Origin: Coprothermobacterota bacterium | GTDB taxonomy: Bacteria; Coprothermobacterota; Coprothermobacteria; Coprothermobacterales; Coprothermobacteraceae | Length of the DNA stretch: 64,000 bases | Assembly (NCBI GenBank): GCA_036679065.1 | Contig: JAZIGN010000002.1 | Span: 9,713-73,712, forward strand | Reading direction: 5' to 3' | In this document: positions 19,614 to 29,304 of the stretch, piece after piece | Numbering within the stretch: position 1 is the stretch's first letter | How the letters are laid out: each line of letters begins with the position of its first letter | Notes under the pieces: model-generated | Database searches by the model: none | What the model was told of the DNA's origin: nothing | Seen by the model: only the letters and a program-made list of their open reading frames with translations | Translations under genes and position numbers: made by a program

Positions 19614-20801
19614 TTACTCTTCAGACTGCTCAGCCGTTCTCAGCTGTGGCTCTGCCTTCAGTCCTAACCTGGTTTCCATTTTTTCTGGAGCAGTGCCACT
19701 GCACACTCGTACTCCGGTATCCAGATCAAACAGATGAGCACCAGTCATATCCATGTAAATGTCATACTCCATGCCCATGGAAACTGTGCGCACAGCAGAA
19801 ACGCGTCCCACCAGCTCAAAGTCGTCCAGGGTGAAGTGTACATATGTTTCTGTACCTAGTCTTTCTGCTACATCACTAATGCAGTGCAAAACCCAGCCAG
19901 AATTCTCAATCATTCTGGCTTCGTCAGCCAAATGAACATCTTGAGGTCTTATGCCCATCAAAACTTTGTTTTTGGGATAATCCTTGAGCCCAACTGCCAT
20001 GTCTGCTGTAACAGGCACTTTCAACCCGTTGTGCTTCAAGTACATTTGACCTTCTTCAGTAACAATGTCCATGGTAAGAAAGTTCATAGGAGGCGTGCCA
20101 ACAAAACCAGCTACAAACTGGTTCGCCGGATAAAGGTACAGCATTTGTGGGCTATCCACCTGCTGCAAAGTACCTTCCATCATCACAGCCACACGATCAC
20201 CCAAAGTCATTGCTTCCACTTGGTCGTGAGTAACGTAGATGGTCGTAGTTGGAAAATCCTTGTGCAACCTGAGTAGTTCACCTCTGGCTTGGGTTCTTAG
20301 TTTTGCATCAAGGTTGGATAACGGCTCGTCCATGAGGAAAACTTGTGGCCTTCTCACTAAAGCCCTTGCCAGTGCCACCCTTTGTCTTTGACCACCGGAA
20401 AGTTCCCGTGGCCTGCGGTTAAGCAGTTCCTTTAAGCCTAACCATCCTGCTACCTCATCGACTCTGGCTTTAATTTCTTCCTTGGGTAAACCCCTGAGCT
20501 TCAGCCCAAAACTTATGTTATCAAATACCGACATGTGCGGGTAAAGTGCATAGTTTTGAAACACCATGGCAATATCGCGATCCTTAGGATGAACATCGTT
20601 AACAACACGATCCCCGATGTAGATGGTTCCCTCAGTTACATCTTCTAACCCAGCTATCATTCTGAGCGTGGTAGTTTTTCCGCAACCGCTGGGACCTAAA
20701 AGGACAAAAAACTCACCATCTTTGACTTCCAGTGTTAAATCCTTCACGGCTACAACAGTGCCGAACTTTTTCCACACATGCTCAAGATATACCCGAGCCA
20801 A
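19614..20801 (-). CDS. Carbohydrate ABC transporter ATP-binding protein (MalK/MsmX/UgpC family)
   Basis: GPSGCGKTT, VFQNYALYPH, LSGGQRQR, DEPLSNLD, C-terminal TOBE region. Confidence 0.94.
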   Translation of the reverse strand: MARVYLEHVWKKFGTVVAVKDLTLEVKDGEFFVLLGPSGCGKTTTLRMIAGLEDVTEGTIYIGDRVVNDVHPKDRDIAMVFQNYALYPHMSVFDNISFGLKLRGLPKEEIKARVDEVAGWLGLKELLNRRPRELSGGQRQRVALARALVRRPQVFLMDEPLSNLDAKLRTQARGELLRLHKDFPTTTIYVTHDQVEAMTLGDRVAVMMEGTLQQVDSPQMLYLYPANQFVAGFVGTPPMNFLTMDIVTEEGQMYLKHNGLKVPVTADMAVGLKDYPKNKVLMGIRPQDVHLADEARMIENSGWVLHCISDVAERLGTETYVHFTLDDFELVGRVSAVRTVSMGMEYDIYMDMTGAHLFDLDTGVRVCSGTAPEKMETRLGLKAEPQLRTAEQSEE

Positions 20802-20821
20802 TTTGTATTACCTCCTCTCTT

Positions 20822-21043
20822 CTACTGTGTTGGCCTGTAGGGGGTTGCCTTTCCAGGTCCAGTAACTTGTTTCATGATCTCCTGGAAGTAATGTTCCCAA
20901 TCCAGTTGACTTGGCGTAGTCACGTTACCTGAAGAATGGGAATAGCCCACCATGTACAGGGCACCAAATATGAGAGCCACCAGTAAACCGACTACGAGCA
21001 AACCCTTAAGAACCTGTTTCATCTTCCCTCTCTCCCTTAACAT
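20822..21043 (-). CDS. Small single-TM hypothetical protein
   Basis: MKQVLKG followed by a hydrophobic helix; fills the operon gap; true start probably the second Met. Confidence 0.55.
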   Translation of the reverse strand: MLRERGKMKQVLKGLLVVGLLVALIFGALYMVGYSHSSGNVTTPSQLDWEHYFQEIMKQVTGPGKATPYRPTQ

Positions 21044-21953
21044 CGAAATACCTTAAGATTTCCATGGGGAGTGGAAATACTATGGTGCTGTTCTTCTCAA
21101 CAGCTATCTCTGATAGTGTTTGCAGCATACGAAGCATGACACCGACTCTGGTGGAGCCGATCACCTCAGCAGCCTGAGCCAGTTTTTCAGAAGCTTGGTA
21201 TTCACCTTCAGCGGATATGACCTTCGCGCGACGTTCACGCTCTGCCTCGGCTTGCTTGGCCATGGCGCGCTTCATGTCCTCGGGTAAATCCACTGCTTTT
21301 ATCTCCACACCAGTGACTCTAACTCCCCAAGGATCAGTGGCTTTGTCAAGATCCAGTTTGAGCACTTCGTTCAGCTTTTCTCGTTGGCTGAGCATGTCAT
21401 CTAATTCATGGGACCCTAAGACAGAGCGCAATATGGTCTGAGCCAAAAGGGTAGTAGCTTGTCTGTAGTCTTGAACCTCTAGTACAGCCAACTTAGGATC
21501 AAACACATTGAAATAGACCACGGCATCCACTGATACTGGAACGTTATCCCGTGTAATTATGTCCTGTTTTGGAACGTCAATGGTGGTAGTACGCATTTCC
21601 ACATACAACGCCCTATCAATTCCCCAAGGCAGTATGACATTTAACCCGGGTTCCAGCACTGACTGAAGCTTTCCAAACCGTAGCAGCACTGCACGCTGAT
21701 ACTGGTTCACGACTTTCAGCATACCTGGAAGGGTAATAATGAGTATGACAAAAAGTATGACCATGCTTACAACATCGCCAGCCATGGCTCGCCAAAATCC
21801 AAGACCAGCCCAAATCAATGAGAAAACTGCCAACACGGCCAGTGTGCTTTTCTGTTTTGAAGAATAAGCCAGGATAAGCCATATAAGGAGCCAAACTATC
21901 CCAACACCTAACAAGAACAAGCTTCCAGTTCTTCCCATAACGGTTCCGGGCAT
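21006..21953 (-). CDS. SPFH/stomatin (slipin) family protein
   Basis: QDIITRDNV, LAQTILRSVLG, PWGV.V, AMAKQAEAERERRA, IVFPLP. Confidence 0.93.
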   Translation of the reverse strand: MPGTVMGRTGSLFLLGVGIVWLLIWLILAYSSKQKSTLAVLAVFSLIWAGLGFWRAMAGDVVSMVILFVILIITLPGMLKVVNQYQRAVLLRFGKLQSVLEPGLNVILPWGIDRALYVEMRTTTIDVPKQDIITRDNVPVSVDAVVYFNVFDPKLAVLEVQDYRQATTLLAQTILRSVLGSHELDDMLSQREKLNEVLKLDLDKATDPWGVRVTGVEIKAVDLPEDMKRAMAKQAEAERERRAKVISAEGEYQASEKLAQAAEVIGSTRVGVMLRMLQTLSEIAVEKNSTIVFPLPMEILRYFDVKGEREDETGS

Positions 21954-22021
21954 TATACCCTTACCTCCTCTCTGGCACTCATATGTGGGTGCCAGAAGGA
22001 CTGTTGCATTATTAGCAGTCC

Positions 22022-22684
22022 TCAGTTGTATTTTAGCAGAATTTCATTTAGCTGGTCGAGGTTTGTCTTCAAATCGCCTTTGAAGACACCACTTCCACTT
22101 ACAATCCATTCTGCGCCTGCATTCAAAACCTGTTCCACATTTGAGCGATTAATACCGCCGTCTACTTCAACGATGTATTTATAGTCTTCACGTTCTTGCT
22201 TCCACTGATGAAGCATTTTTACTTTGCTCAGTGTTTCTGGTAGGAAGTCTTGACCACCAAAACCTGGATTAACACTCATTACAAGCACTAAATCCACCAT
22301 GTGCAGTATGGGTTTTATAAGTTCCAGAGGAGTCCCCGGATTAAGAGAAACCCCAGCCTTACATCCAACGTTTCTTATTTGCTGAATGAGCCGATGAATG
22401 TGATAAGTAGCCTCTATGTGTACTGTTAAAAGATCTGCTCCAGCTTCCCTAAAGGTTTCAATGAAACGCTCTGGATTTGCAATCATGAGATGAACATCAA
22501 GGGAAAAATCACTGTGTTTGCGCAAACTTTCCACCAACGGTACTCCCATGGAAATATTGGGCACAAAATTGCCGTCCATGACATCTACATGCAAGGTATC
22601 TACTTGATATTGCTTTAATACATCCAGCTGATCCTTTAAACACCATAAATCGGCAGATAAGAGGGAAGGAACAAGTTTTCTCAT
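22022..22684 (-). CDS. rpe: Ribulose-phosphate 3-epimerase
   Basis: PSLLSAD, HVDVMDG, DVHLM, MSVNPGFGGQ, VDGG. Confidence 0.96.
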   Translation of the reverse strand: MRKLVPSLLSADLWCLKDQLDVLKQYQVDTLHVDVMDGNFVPNISMGVPLVESLRKHSDFSLDVHLMIANPERFIETFREAGADLLTVHIEATYHIHRLIQQIRNVGCKAGVSLNPGTPLELIKPILHMVDLVLVMSVNPGFGGQDFLPETLSKVKMLHQWKQEREDYKYIVEVDGGINRSNVEQVLNAGAEWIVSGSGVFKGDLKTNLDQLNEILLKYN

Positions 22685-23550
22685 CTTTTCTTTGCCTCCT
22701 CCTGTTGTTTGTCAAGAAAATAAAGGTAAGAGTTATAGCGCGATTCTGCTATGAGTCCCTTTTTAACAGCTTCTTTCACTGCACAACTGGGTTCCTTCAA
22801 ATGCAAACAATCTGAGAAAAAGCAGCCTTTTGCCGTAGTCTCGATCTCTGGAAACATGCGCTGGATATCCCAAGGATTCATTGCAGGCATTTCCAAAAGA
22901 GAAAAACCAGGCGCGTCTACAACGTAAGTATCATCTAGGGGCAACAGCTCTACCCAACTGGTAGTGTGCTTACCGCGACCAACTTTAGAGATGTCGCCCA
23001 CACGCACTGACGCATCTTTCCAAAGAGCCTTTACCAGACTGCTTTTCCCAACACCTGTGGGACCGCTGAAAAGCACTGTTTTTCCACGTAACCGCTCCTT
23101 TAACGCAGACAAATCATAGTACACTGACGTTACCATTACGTCATATCCCAGACTGGTGTATAAACTTGTCCAAGGCTGAATATCTTCATCGCGAAGGAGG
23201 TCGGCTTTGTGAAACAAGACCAAAACGGGTATGTTCTGTAGAGTCGCTAATCCCAGCGTAAGATCGAGATATCTTACATCACACTGAGGATTCTTGAAAG
23301 AATGCACATAAACAAGCAAATCCAAGTTTGCCACAGGGGGCCTGAGGAAATAATTCTTCCTGCCAGTTGTACGTTCAACAGATACTTCTGTATCGGTAAT
23401 TGGCTCAAACCAGACACGATCGTTGACCAAAACCTTATCTTGTTCCCAAACCTTCTTTTTTACTAAACCCAAATAAACGCTGTTTTCGTAGGAAACTAAC
23501 ACGTTATACCGTTCTCTGCGTAGCACCCTGCCTAAGAGTAAGGCCCTCAT
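22681..23550 (-). CDS. rsgA: Ribosome small subunit-dependent GTPase A
   Basis: RPPVAN, HKAD, GPTGVGKSS, GKHTT, DAPG, C-x4-C-x-H-x5-C zinc motif. Confidence 0.93.
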   Translation of the reverse strand: MRALLLGRVLRRERYNVLVSYENSVYLGLVKKKVWEQDKVLVNDRVWFEPITDTEVSVERTTGRKNYFLRPPVANLDLLVYVHSFKNPQCDVRYLDLTLGLATLQNIPVLVLFHKADLLRDEDIQPWTSLYTSLGYDVMVTSVYYDLSALKERLRGKTVLFSGPTGVGKSSLVKALWKDASVRVGDISKVGRGKHTTSWVELLPLDDTYVVDAPGFSLLEMPAMNPWDIQRMFPEIETTAKGCFFSDCLHLKEPSCAVKEAVKKGLIAESRYNSYLYFLDKQQEEAKKR

Positions 23551-24215
23551 TTTGGTGACCAGACCTCGATATCCACGGGTGTTCCCTCATAACGGTACAC
23601 ACCGCTGCGTGGGTTCTGTGCTTTTACAATTTCTAAATCGGTGCTTGTAGTGGCTGTGCGTTTTATCTCGCCCACTTTGAGCCCGGCAGCTTCTACGCTG
23701 GAGCGAGCTTTTTCCAGCGTTAACCCGATTAGAGGAGGAACACGTACCAGTTTGGGTATACCGACCGTTATATTCACCACGTCACCAACCACAGTTAGCT
23801 TACCCGAAGTTGGATCTTGGCTCTTAACAACAAAGCGATCTCCGGTTTGCACCTCTGTAATGGTCCCTATGCGTAGGTTCAAGTCCTTGATCTTGTCGAT
23901 GGCGTCAGCAGCAACAACACCTACTACGTTCGGAACTTCTACCAGTTTTAATCCCTTTGAGACAATAAGTTTGACCTGTTGCCCGGCTGGTGCCAAGATG
24001 CCGCCGTCAGGGCTTTGGGCAATCACAACACCGGGAGCCACGGTCGCATATTCGTACTCTACTGAAGCAGCATATTTTGCTTTGGCAATCTCCTCCAAAG
24101 CTTGATTTACCGTTAAACCTGTAACTGCAGGAACTCGTCCGACATTCTGTGCCCCCGCAGGCAGTGTTACAAGCAAGCAAAATAATATGAGGAGTACGCT
24201 CACCTTATGGACCAT
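23547..24215 (-). CDS. Secreted stand-alone PASTA-repeat protein (3 PASTA domains)
   Basis: Signal peptide; repeats VPAVTG / VPNVVG / VPPLIG with Q-x-P motifs. Confidence 0.85.
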   Translation of the reverse strand: MVHKVSVLLILFCLLVTLPAGAQNVGRVPAVTGLTVNQALEEIAKAKYAASVEYEYATVAPGVVIAQSPDGGILAPAGQQVKLIVSKGLKLVEVPNVVGVVAADAIDKIKDLNLRIGTITEVQTGDRFVVKSQDPTSGKLTVVGDVVNITVGIPKLVRVPPLIGLTLEKARSSVEAAGLKVGEIKRTATTSTDLEIVKAQNPRSGVYRYEGTPVDIEVWSPK

Positions 24216-24838
24216 TTGATATCACCCTTTCTTGTGTGCACAAAAACTCCATGAACGGACCACCCTCTAATTATTAATTCTGCATTTTCTATTTCCACAT
24301 CATGGACACGCCAGTCGGTAGTAACGTGACGTTGTACCCAAGGACTCAAAACACTACCCAATATTGCACCAAGCACTAGTGAAAGCAAAAGATTAACAAA
24401 TGAGAATAAGCCAAAGAGTATGGAAAACACGATGAACAATATTGCAAATACTAATCCCGTAACCACCGACGTAGTACCACACCGAGGATGCACAGCCAAG
24501 TCTTTCTCACCACTGAGCAAGCGCCTCTTTGCCTCGTGTGCGGCCTGTAGCACCAAATACGGATCACTTACACCCTGTATGATGAACCCATTGGGGTTAC
24601 TCACGCCTGAAAGCTTCACGGGCACAAGCTCTTCCAATACGTGAATGGTTGCGTGTTCCAAAGCGTGGTTCTTTCTAACCTCTGGGTGAGTCAACAAGTA
24701 AAACAATTGAACAGGTGCGTTTATGAGTGTCATTATGGCCACACCTAAGAAACTTAACGGAAGGAACAGCATCAAGAAAAACATAAAGGTAAACAACGCC
24801 AAAATAGTATAAAGGAAAAATATCATAGGTTCCGCCAC
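24200..24838 (-). CDS. Membrane protein, DUF6391-like
   Basis: RKNHALEHATIHVL and LAVHPRCGT motifs. Confidence 0.65.
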   Translation of the reverse strand: MAEPMIFFLYTILALFTFMFFLMLFLPLSFLGVAIMTLINAPVQLFYLLTHPEVRKNHALEHATIHVLEELVPVKLSGVSNPNGFIIQGVSDPYLVLQAAHEAKRRLLSGEKDLAVHPRCGTTSVVTGLVFAILFIVFSILFGLFSFVNLLLSLVLGAILGSVLSPWVQRHVTTDWRVHDVEIENAELIIRGWSVHGVFVHTRKGDIKWSIR

Positions 24839-25464
24839 CTCAAGTGGAACACCACGTACCGCAAAATGCGGTACGGTTCGCCCAAAGACTCAAATATGAA
24901 ACTGGGTGGTATAAGCCTTATGCGATCGGCCACTTCAGGGGAGTATTGTGCCAGAACCAACTTGGATCTGTTTAGAGCATCTGCTGAGAGTATATAACTT
25001 GTGTAATCAAGAAGGACACCTAGCACCGCGAAAAAATACAAAATCTTAGTGGCACCAAAAAAGAGCGAACAAAAGAAACCCACCAAAAAAATCCAACGTA
25101 GCACCGGCTTAGCCTTGTAGTAAACATGCCAGAAGCTACTACGCATTTGCAAAGCCTCACCCACGGCTCTGGAAATCAAATTGAGATTCCACACATTGTT
25201 GTACATGAGCATGCGTTCAGGAAAATAGACAAAATCGTTTTGCGGATCCATATAAGGAAAAACAATGTCAGGTCTAACCTTAAAACGCAGTAGTGAGTTC
25301 CACGGAAGAAGTTGCGGGAACACGTCACTAAGACGCTCCGTGAGTGGTACTACTTCTCTGGACCAAGTGTTATAAACGCCACTATTTATGAGAAGCACTG
25401 CTGCATAGTAGACAAAAAGTACAATACCAGGTAATATGGCCAGTAGGTTAACCACCAAACACAC
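24823..25464 (-). CDS. Membrane protein, probable degenerate YugP-like neutral zinc metallopeptidase
   Basis: YMDP..., RAVGEALQ in place of HEVGHAIQ, DALNRS in place of DASRRA; position next to fmt. Confidence 0.45.
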   Translation of the reverse strand: MCLVVNLLAILPGIVLFVYYAAVLLINSGVYNTWSREVVPLTERLSDVFPQLLPWNSLLRFKVRPDIVFPYMDPQNDFVYFPERMLMYNNVWNLNLISRAVGEALQMRSSFWHVYYKAKPVLRWIFLVGFFCSLFFGATKILYFFAVLGVLLDYTSYILSADALNRSKLVLAQYSPEVADRIRLIPPSFIFESLGEPYRILRYVVFHLRWRNL

Positions 25465-26362
25465 CCTCTTTTTCCCTAAGACCCTTTACGAACGAGGCGG
25501 CGTCCTGCTTCTTTCTTCCTTCCAGTTGTAAACTCAGTATTTCCAGCGAACCTTGTCCAGTACCAACGTAAAGACTTTCTTTTTCAGCTACATAGTGGCC
25601 TGGTGGCAGTGAGTCCTCCATGCCGCTTATGCGAACTTTGAAAATCTTCAGCAGCTTTGACCCCAAAGTTGTTTTTGCCCCTACATCAGCTAAAGCACGT
25701 ACCTGGTTTTGTATGTCATGAGCTGGTTTTTGCCAGTCAATCCATAGCTCATCAGGAGTGAACTTTGGAGCATAAGAAGGATCTCCCAACTGCGCAAAAG
25801 CACGTAAATTTCCCTGCTTTAGCTCCAAGAAGAACTTCTTTAGCAATTCCATAGAAACATGCTGCAACTTCGGAGTAAGGGACACATAGTCATCGTCTGG
25901 GTCAATAGGTACACGTTCCTGAAGATAAATATCACCTTCATCCATTTTTTCCGAGATCTTTATCAAGGTTACGCCTGTCTCAAGTTCGCCGCTGCAGATA
26001 GCTCTTCGTATGGGATTAGGTCCCCTGTATTTTGGTAGCAGTGAGGGATGGATGTTTACCATGACAGGCTCATCAGCTTGGAATAATTGTTTGGGAATGT
26101 AAAAACCGAAGTCCACTACAATGGCCACATCGAATCCCTGACTAAAATACCATTCTATAAAATCGCTCTTTAGCGAATTCACCTTGACAATGGGAATCTG
26201 AAGTACCTCAGCCACAACAGCAGAAGGAGAAGGCTGCAACTTTAAGCCTCGACCTGAAGGGGCATCAACTTTTGTGATCAACACAATTTCATGGTTCTCT
26301 TTCTTTAGCTCCTCTAAAACTGGAAGACCGAAAGTCCCTGAGGAAAAGAAAGCTATTTTCAT
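25448..26362 (-). CDS. fmt: Methionyl-tRNA formyltransferase
   Basis: NIHPSLLPKYRGPNPI, ETGVT, MDEGDI, LQLEGRK; ATGA overlap with def. Confidence 0.95.
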   Translation of the reverse strand: MKIAFFSSGTFGLPVLEELKKENHEIVLITKVDAPSGRGLKLQPSPSAVVAEVLQIPIVKVNSLKSDFIEWYFSQGFDVAIVVDFGFYIPKQLFQADEPVMVNIHPSLLPKYRGPNPIRRAICSGELETGVTLIKISEKMDEGDIYLQERVPIDPDDDYVSLTPKLQHVSMELLKKFFLELKQGNLRAFAQLGDPSYAPKFTPDELWIDWQKPAHDIQNQVRALADVGAKTTLGSKLLKIFKVRISGMEDSLPPGHYVAEKESLYVGTGQGSLEILSLQLEGRKKQDAASFVKGLREKEGVFGG

Positions 26363-26874
26363 CGATCGTGTTCCTTTAGAAGTTCTACGACTCCTGGATA
26401 ATGCAATGCCAGTGGCATGACTTCGATGCGGTCCCAATCTGTGATCTTGTCGATGAACAACACACCATCCAGATGGTCTACCTCATGCTGCACCACACGA
26501 CTGAGCATGCCGTCAAGCTTTAAGGTGATTTTCTCGCCATAAAGATTGGTAAAACTCACTTTTATTTTCTTAAACCTTTCCACGGGGCCGTAAACTCCTG
26601 GCACGGATAAGCAGCCTTCAATGTCTTCTTCTTTCTCCTTCCCCAAGGGCTCCCACCTTGGGTTGATCAGCACCTCATGGAACTCATCCAGGTCGATAAC
26701 TACGAAGCGTTTAGATATACCCACCTGAGGTGCAGCCAAGCCTACGCCTTCCACCTCGTTTTCTTTCATGAGGCGGAACATGTCCTCCACAATCCTTCGA
26801 TCTTCTTCGGTAAAAGACTTTACTTTTTGTGCTTTTGCTCTTAACATTTTATCCGGTATGACTCTTATGTCCAC
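26359..26874 (-). CDS. def: Peptide deformylase
   Basis: GVGLAAPQ, EGCLS, QHEVDHLDG. Confidence 0.97.
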   Translation of the reverse strand: MDIRVIPDKMLRAKAQKVKSFTEEDRRIVEDMFRLMKENEVEGVGLAAPQVGISKRFVVIDLDEFHEVLINPRWEPLGKEKEEDIEGCLSVPGVYGPVERFKKIKVSFTNLYGEKITLKLDGMLSRVVQHEVDHLDGVLFIDKITDWDRIEVMPLALHYPGVVELLKEHDR

Positions 26875-27485
26875 AGAAAACCTCCTAAATAACTCATTGC
26901 ACATAATATGGGCAAAAAGATACCCAATAGAAAACCTATGAGCACCTGCATGGGCGTATGTACACCCAGCCGGATTCTTGACCAGCCAATAACCAAACTA
27001 ACTAATAGCAGCAGCACCAAACTCCACCAACTGCTGGTGACCATGAAGAACATGGTTGCCATGGCTGATGAAGCAAATGTGTGAAAAGACACCTTCCAGA
27101 AAAGGTTTATAAAGCCGCATATGCCCAAGCCAATGCCCATGGTAGAAGTCAGGAATACCAACCATTTTGGGGACCAGTCCTGACGGTTAAAAATGGCGGC
27201 AACAACCATGTAAGCCAAAAACGTACAAAAATAAGGTAAAGATCTTATTTCACGTTCTATTAAGTCTCTGGTATCCGAAAACTGTCTGCTTCGAGCCACG
27301 TTGAAGGTTATGGCGGAAACCACTCCCACAGTCAGTAAGAATATAGCCAAAGAGAGCAATATGTGGCTCAACGAAAGCCCTTTTATCCACATAAGCAAAA
27401 CGAACAAAAACGTTCCCCACACCATGGGGTTCCCGAAATCAGAAATAACTTGCCATAACGTCGAAGTGTGATGAGCTCTTTCCAT
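26865..27485 (-). CDS. PAP2 (phosphatidic acid phosphatase) family membrane protein
   Basis: KVSFH and SRIRLGVHTPMQV motifs, multiple TMs. Confidence 0.75.
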   Translation of the reverse strand: MERAHHTSTLWQVISDFGNPMVWGTFLFVLLMWIKGLSLSHILLSLAIFLLTVGVVSAITFNVARSRQFSDTRDLIEREIRSLPYFCTFLAYMVVAAIFNRQDWSPKWLVFLTSTMGIGLGICGFINLFWKVSFHTFASSAMATMFFMVTSSWWSLVLLLLVSLVIGWSRIRLGVHTPMQVLIGFLLGIFLPILCAMSYLGGFLWT

Positions 27486-27573
27486 CTTTTATTTATTTTA
27501 CCCGATTATGTTTACTAATAACCTTGTCTAATTCGGGGTATGATATAAGTAACTACTTAAGAGGGGTGATGCC

Positions 27574-27942
27574 ATGAGATCCTTTGTTCAATTCGAAAAG
27601 GAACTAGCAGCAGAATTCAGGGATAAGTTAGCAAAAACGGAGACTACCATTGAAGTTAGCGATCTTTTCAGCCAAACAGCGCAAAAGCTTCTAAGTAAAA
27701 TACTGCCTGATTACAGTCCCAAAGCAGGGTTTCAGATAAAGTTTGACTCCACAAAACCCCCATATTACATTATTCCAGAGGAAATGAAAAAAGACGAACG
27801 CATAAAAGAGTTAATCGAGGGCAGCGACTTTCCTGCCATACTTGAACGGTTCGCTACGTCCTGCTACAACAGAAAAGCCCACTTAGACGAAATGGACAAG
27901 ACAAAGACATCTAAACGTCCACCTGGAACACCCAATCCGTAA
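27574..27942 (+). CDS. Hypothetical protein
   Basis: GAGGGGTG RBS, plausible soluble protein. Confidence 0.65.
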   Translation: MRSFVQFEKELAAEFRDKLAKTETTIEVSDLFSQTAQKLLSKILPDYSPKAGFQIKFDSTKPPYYIIPEEMKKDERIKELIEGSDFPAILERFATSCYNRKAHLDEMDKTKTSKRPPGTPNP

Positions 27943-28046
27943 TCGGGTAACAAGTATAAATTCTTAATCAACAGCATAAAGAAACTGTTGATACAAAAAG
28001 TAAGGGCATCTTTACAAGCAAATGCAAGGTATCATATAATTCAATA

Positions 28047-29237
28047 ATGAATTTGGCATTGTGGCTCTTAGTAATCTTTGTAGTTATTGTGCTGCTACTT
28101 GACAAGGTAGACCTTTATCTACTGTTTTTAGGTGCCACCGTATTCCTTGGCTTTATAGGGGGATTGTCTTTTGCAGATTTGGGCAAAGGGTTTTTAGAAA
28201 GCTTATTTGCCCAGCGCACAGTGGCCGTACTGCTAACGCTATATTTAATGTCTTTGTACGAAGTGTTTTTACGCCGTAGCGGTGCTTTGGCAAGGCTGAC
28301 TCACAATTTTATCAAAATGCTCGGAGATTACAGGCTAACAAGTGTTGTAATGCCTGCAATTATGGGGCTGCTCCCCTCACCTGGAGGGGCTAGATTCTCT
28401 GCTCCACTGGTAGCAGAGACATTGGAAAATTCAGCGGTGTCTAACCAAGAGAAAGCTTTCATAAATTTCTGGTTTCGCCACATATGGGAACCTATCTTGC
28501 CTGTATACCCAGGTACTTTAATGGCAGCCATGCTTATGGGCATCACACCAGGCCACTTAGCCCAGATGAACTGGTACATACCACTTTTGATGATAGTAGT
28601 TGGCTGGGTTTTAGTGTTCGGTTTCTCCTTACCTTCTGTGAGATTTCAGAACCCTTCATGGAAAGAGGTTATCTTGGATTTGGGCCCTCTTTTAGCAGTC
28701 ATTGTGGCAGGCGTTACTATAAAAAATGATTTTACAGTGCCCATAGCCATACTTTTGGCTTGCGCTTTTATATACATTTTGCACGCCAAGTCGTTACCCA
28801 AAATGGGAACATTGCTTAGTGAAGCCCTGAAGTGGAAAATGCTAGCTATAATACCTGCGGTGTACTATTTTGCTAACATTTTGGAGTCCACAGGTGCCAA
28901 TGAAGCTGTAGCTTCGAGTTTGAGTGCTTTACATTTACCTACAATTGTATTTTTTATAGCCCTTCCTTTTGTGGTTTCAATGATAACTGGTTTAACCCAA
29001 GCTGGTGTTGGCACCTCACTGCCTTTGCTAATCGGCCTGACAACACCTGCAAACCGTGTCGCCATGCTTAACTTGGCATTCATTTTTGCCTTCATAGGTG
29101 TAATGGCAAGCCCCACTCATTTGTGTTTGATACTGTCACGGGACTACTTTGAAGCAAGAGCGGGAGCTCTTTATAACAAACTGTTCATGGCTGTGTTTGT
29201 AGTTGGTCTGCTCCCTGTTGTGCTTGCATTATTCTGA
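28047..29237 (+). CDS. DUF401 family membrane protein (ion transporter superfamily)
   Basis: GLLPSPGGA.FSAP, NFWFRHIWE, SPTHLCL. Confidence 0.8.
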   Translation: MNLALWLLVIFVVIVLLLDKVDLYLLFLGATVFLGFIGGLSFADLGKGFLESLFAQRTVAVLLTLYLMSLYEVFLRRSGALARLTHNFIKMLGDYRLTSVVMPAIMGLLPSPGGARFSAPLVAETLENSAVSNQEKAFINFWFRHIWEPILPVYPGTLMAAMLMGITPGHLAQMNWYIPLLMIVVGWVLVFGFSLPSVRFQNPSWKEVILDLGPLLAVIVAGVTIKNDFTVPIAILLACAFIYILHAKSLPKMGTLLSEALKWKMLAIIPAVYYFANILESTGANEAVASSLSALHLPTIVFFIALPFVVSMITGLTQAGVGTSLPLLIGLTTPANRVAMLNLAFIFAFIGVMASPTHLCLILSRDYFEARAGALYNKLFMAVFVVGLLPVVLALF

Positions 29238-29304
29238 GTGCTAATGAGTGTTAATATTTAAGTGTGCTAACTAATATTACTTACCGCATTTGGGAGGTGT
29301 AAGT

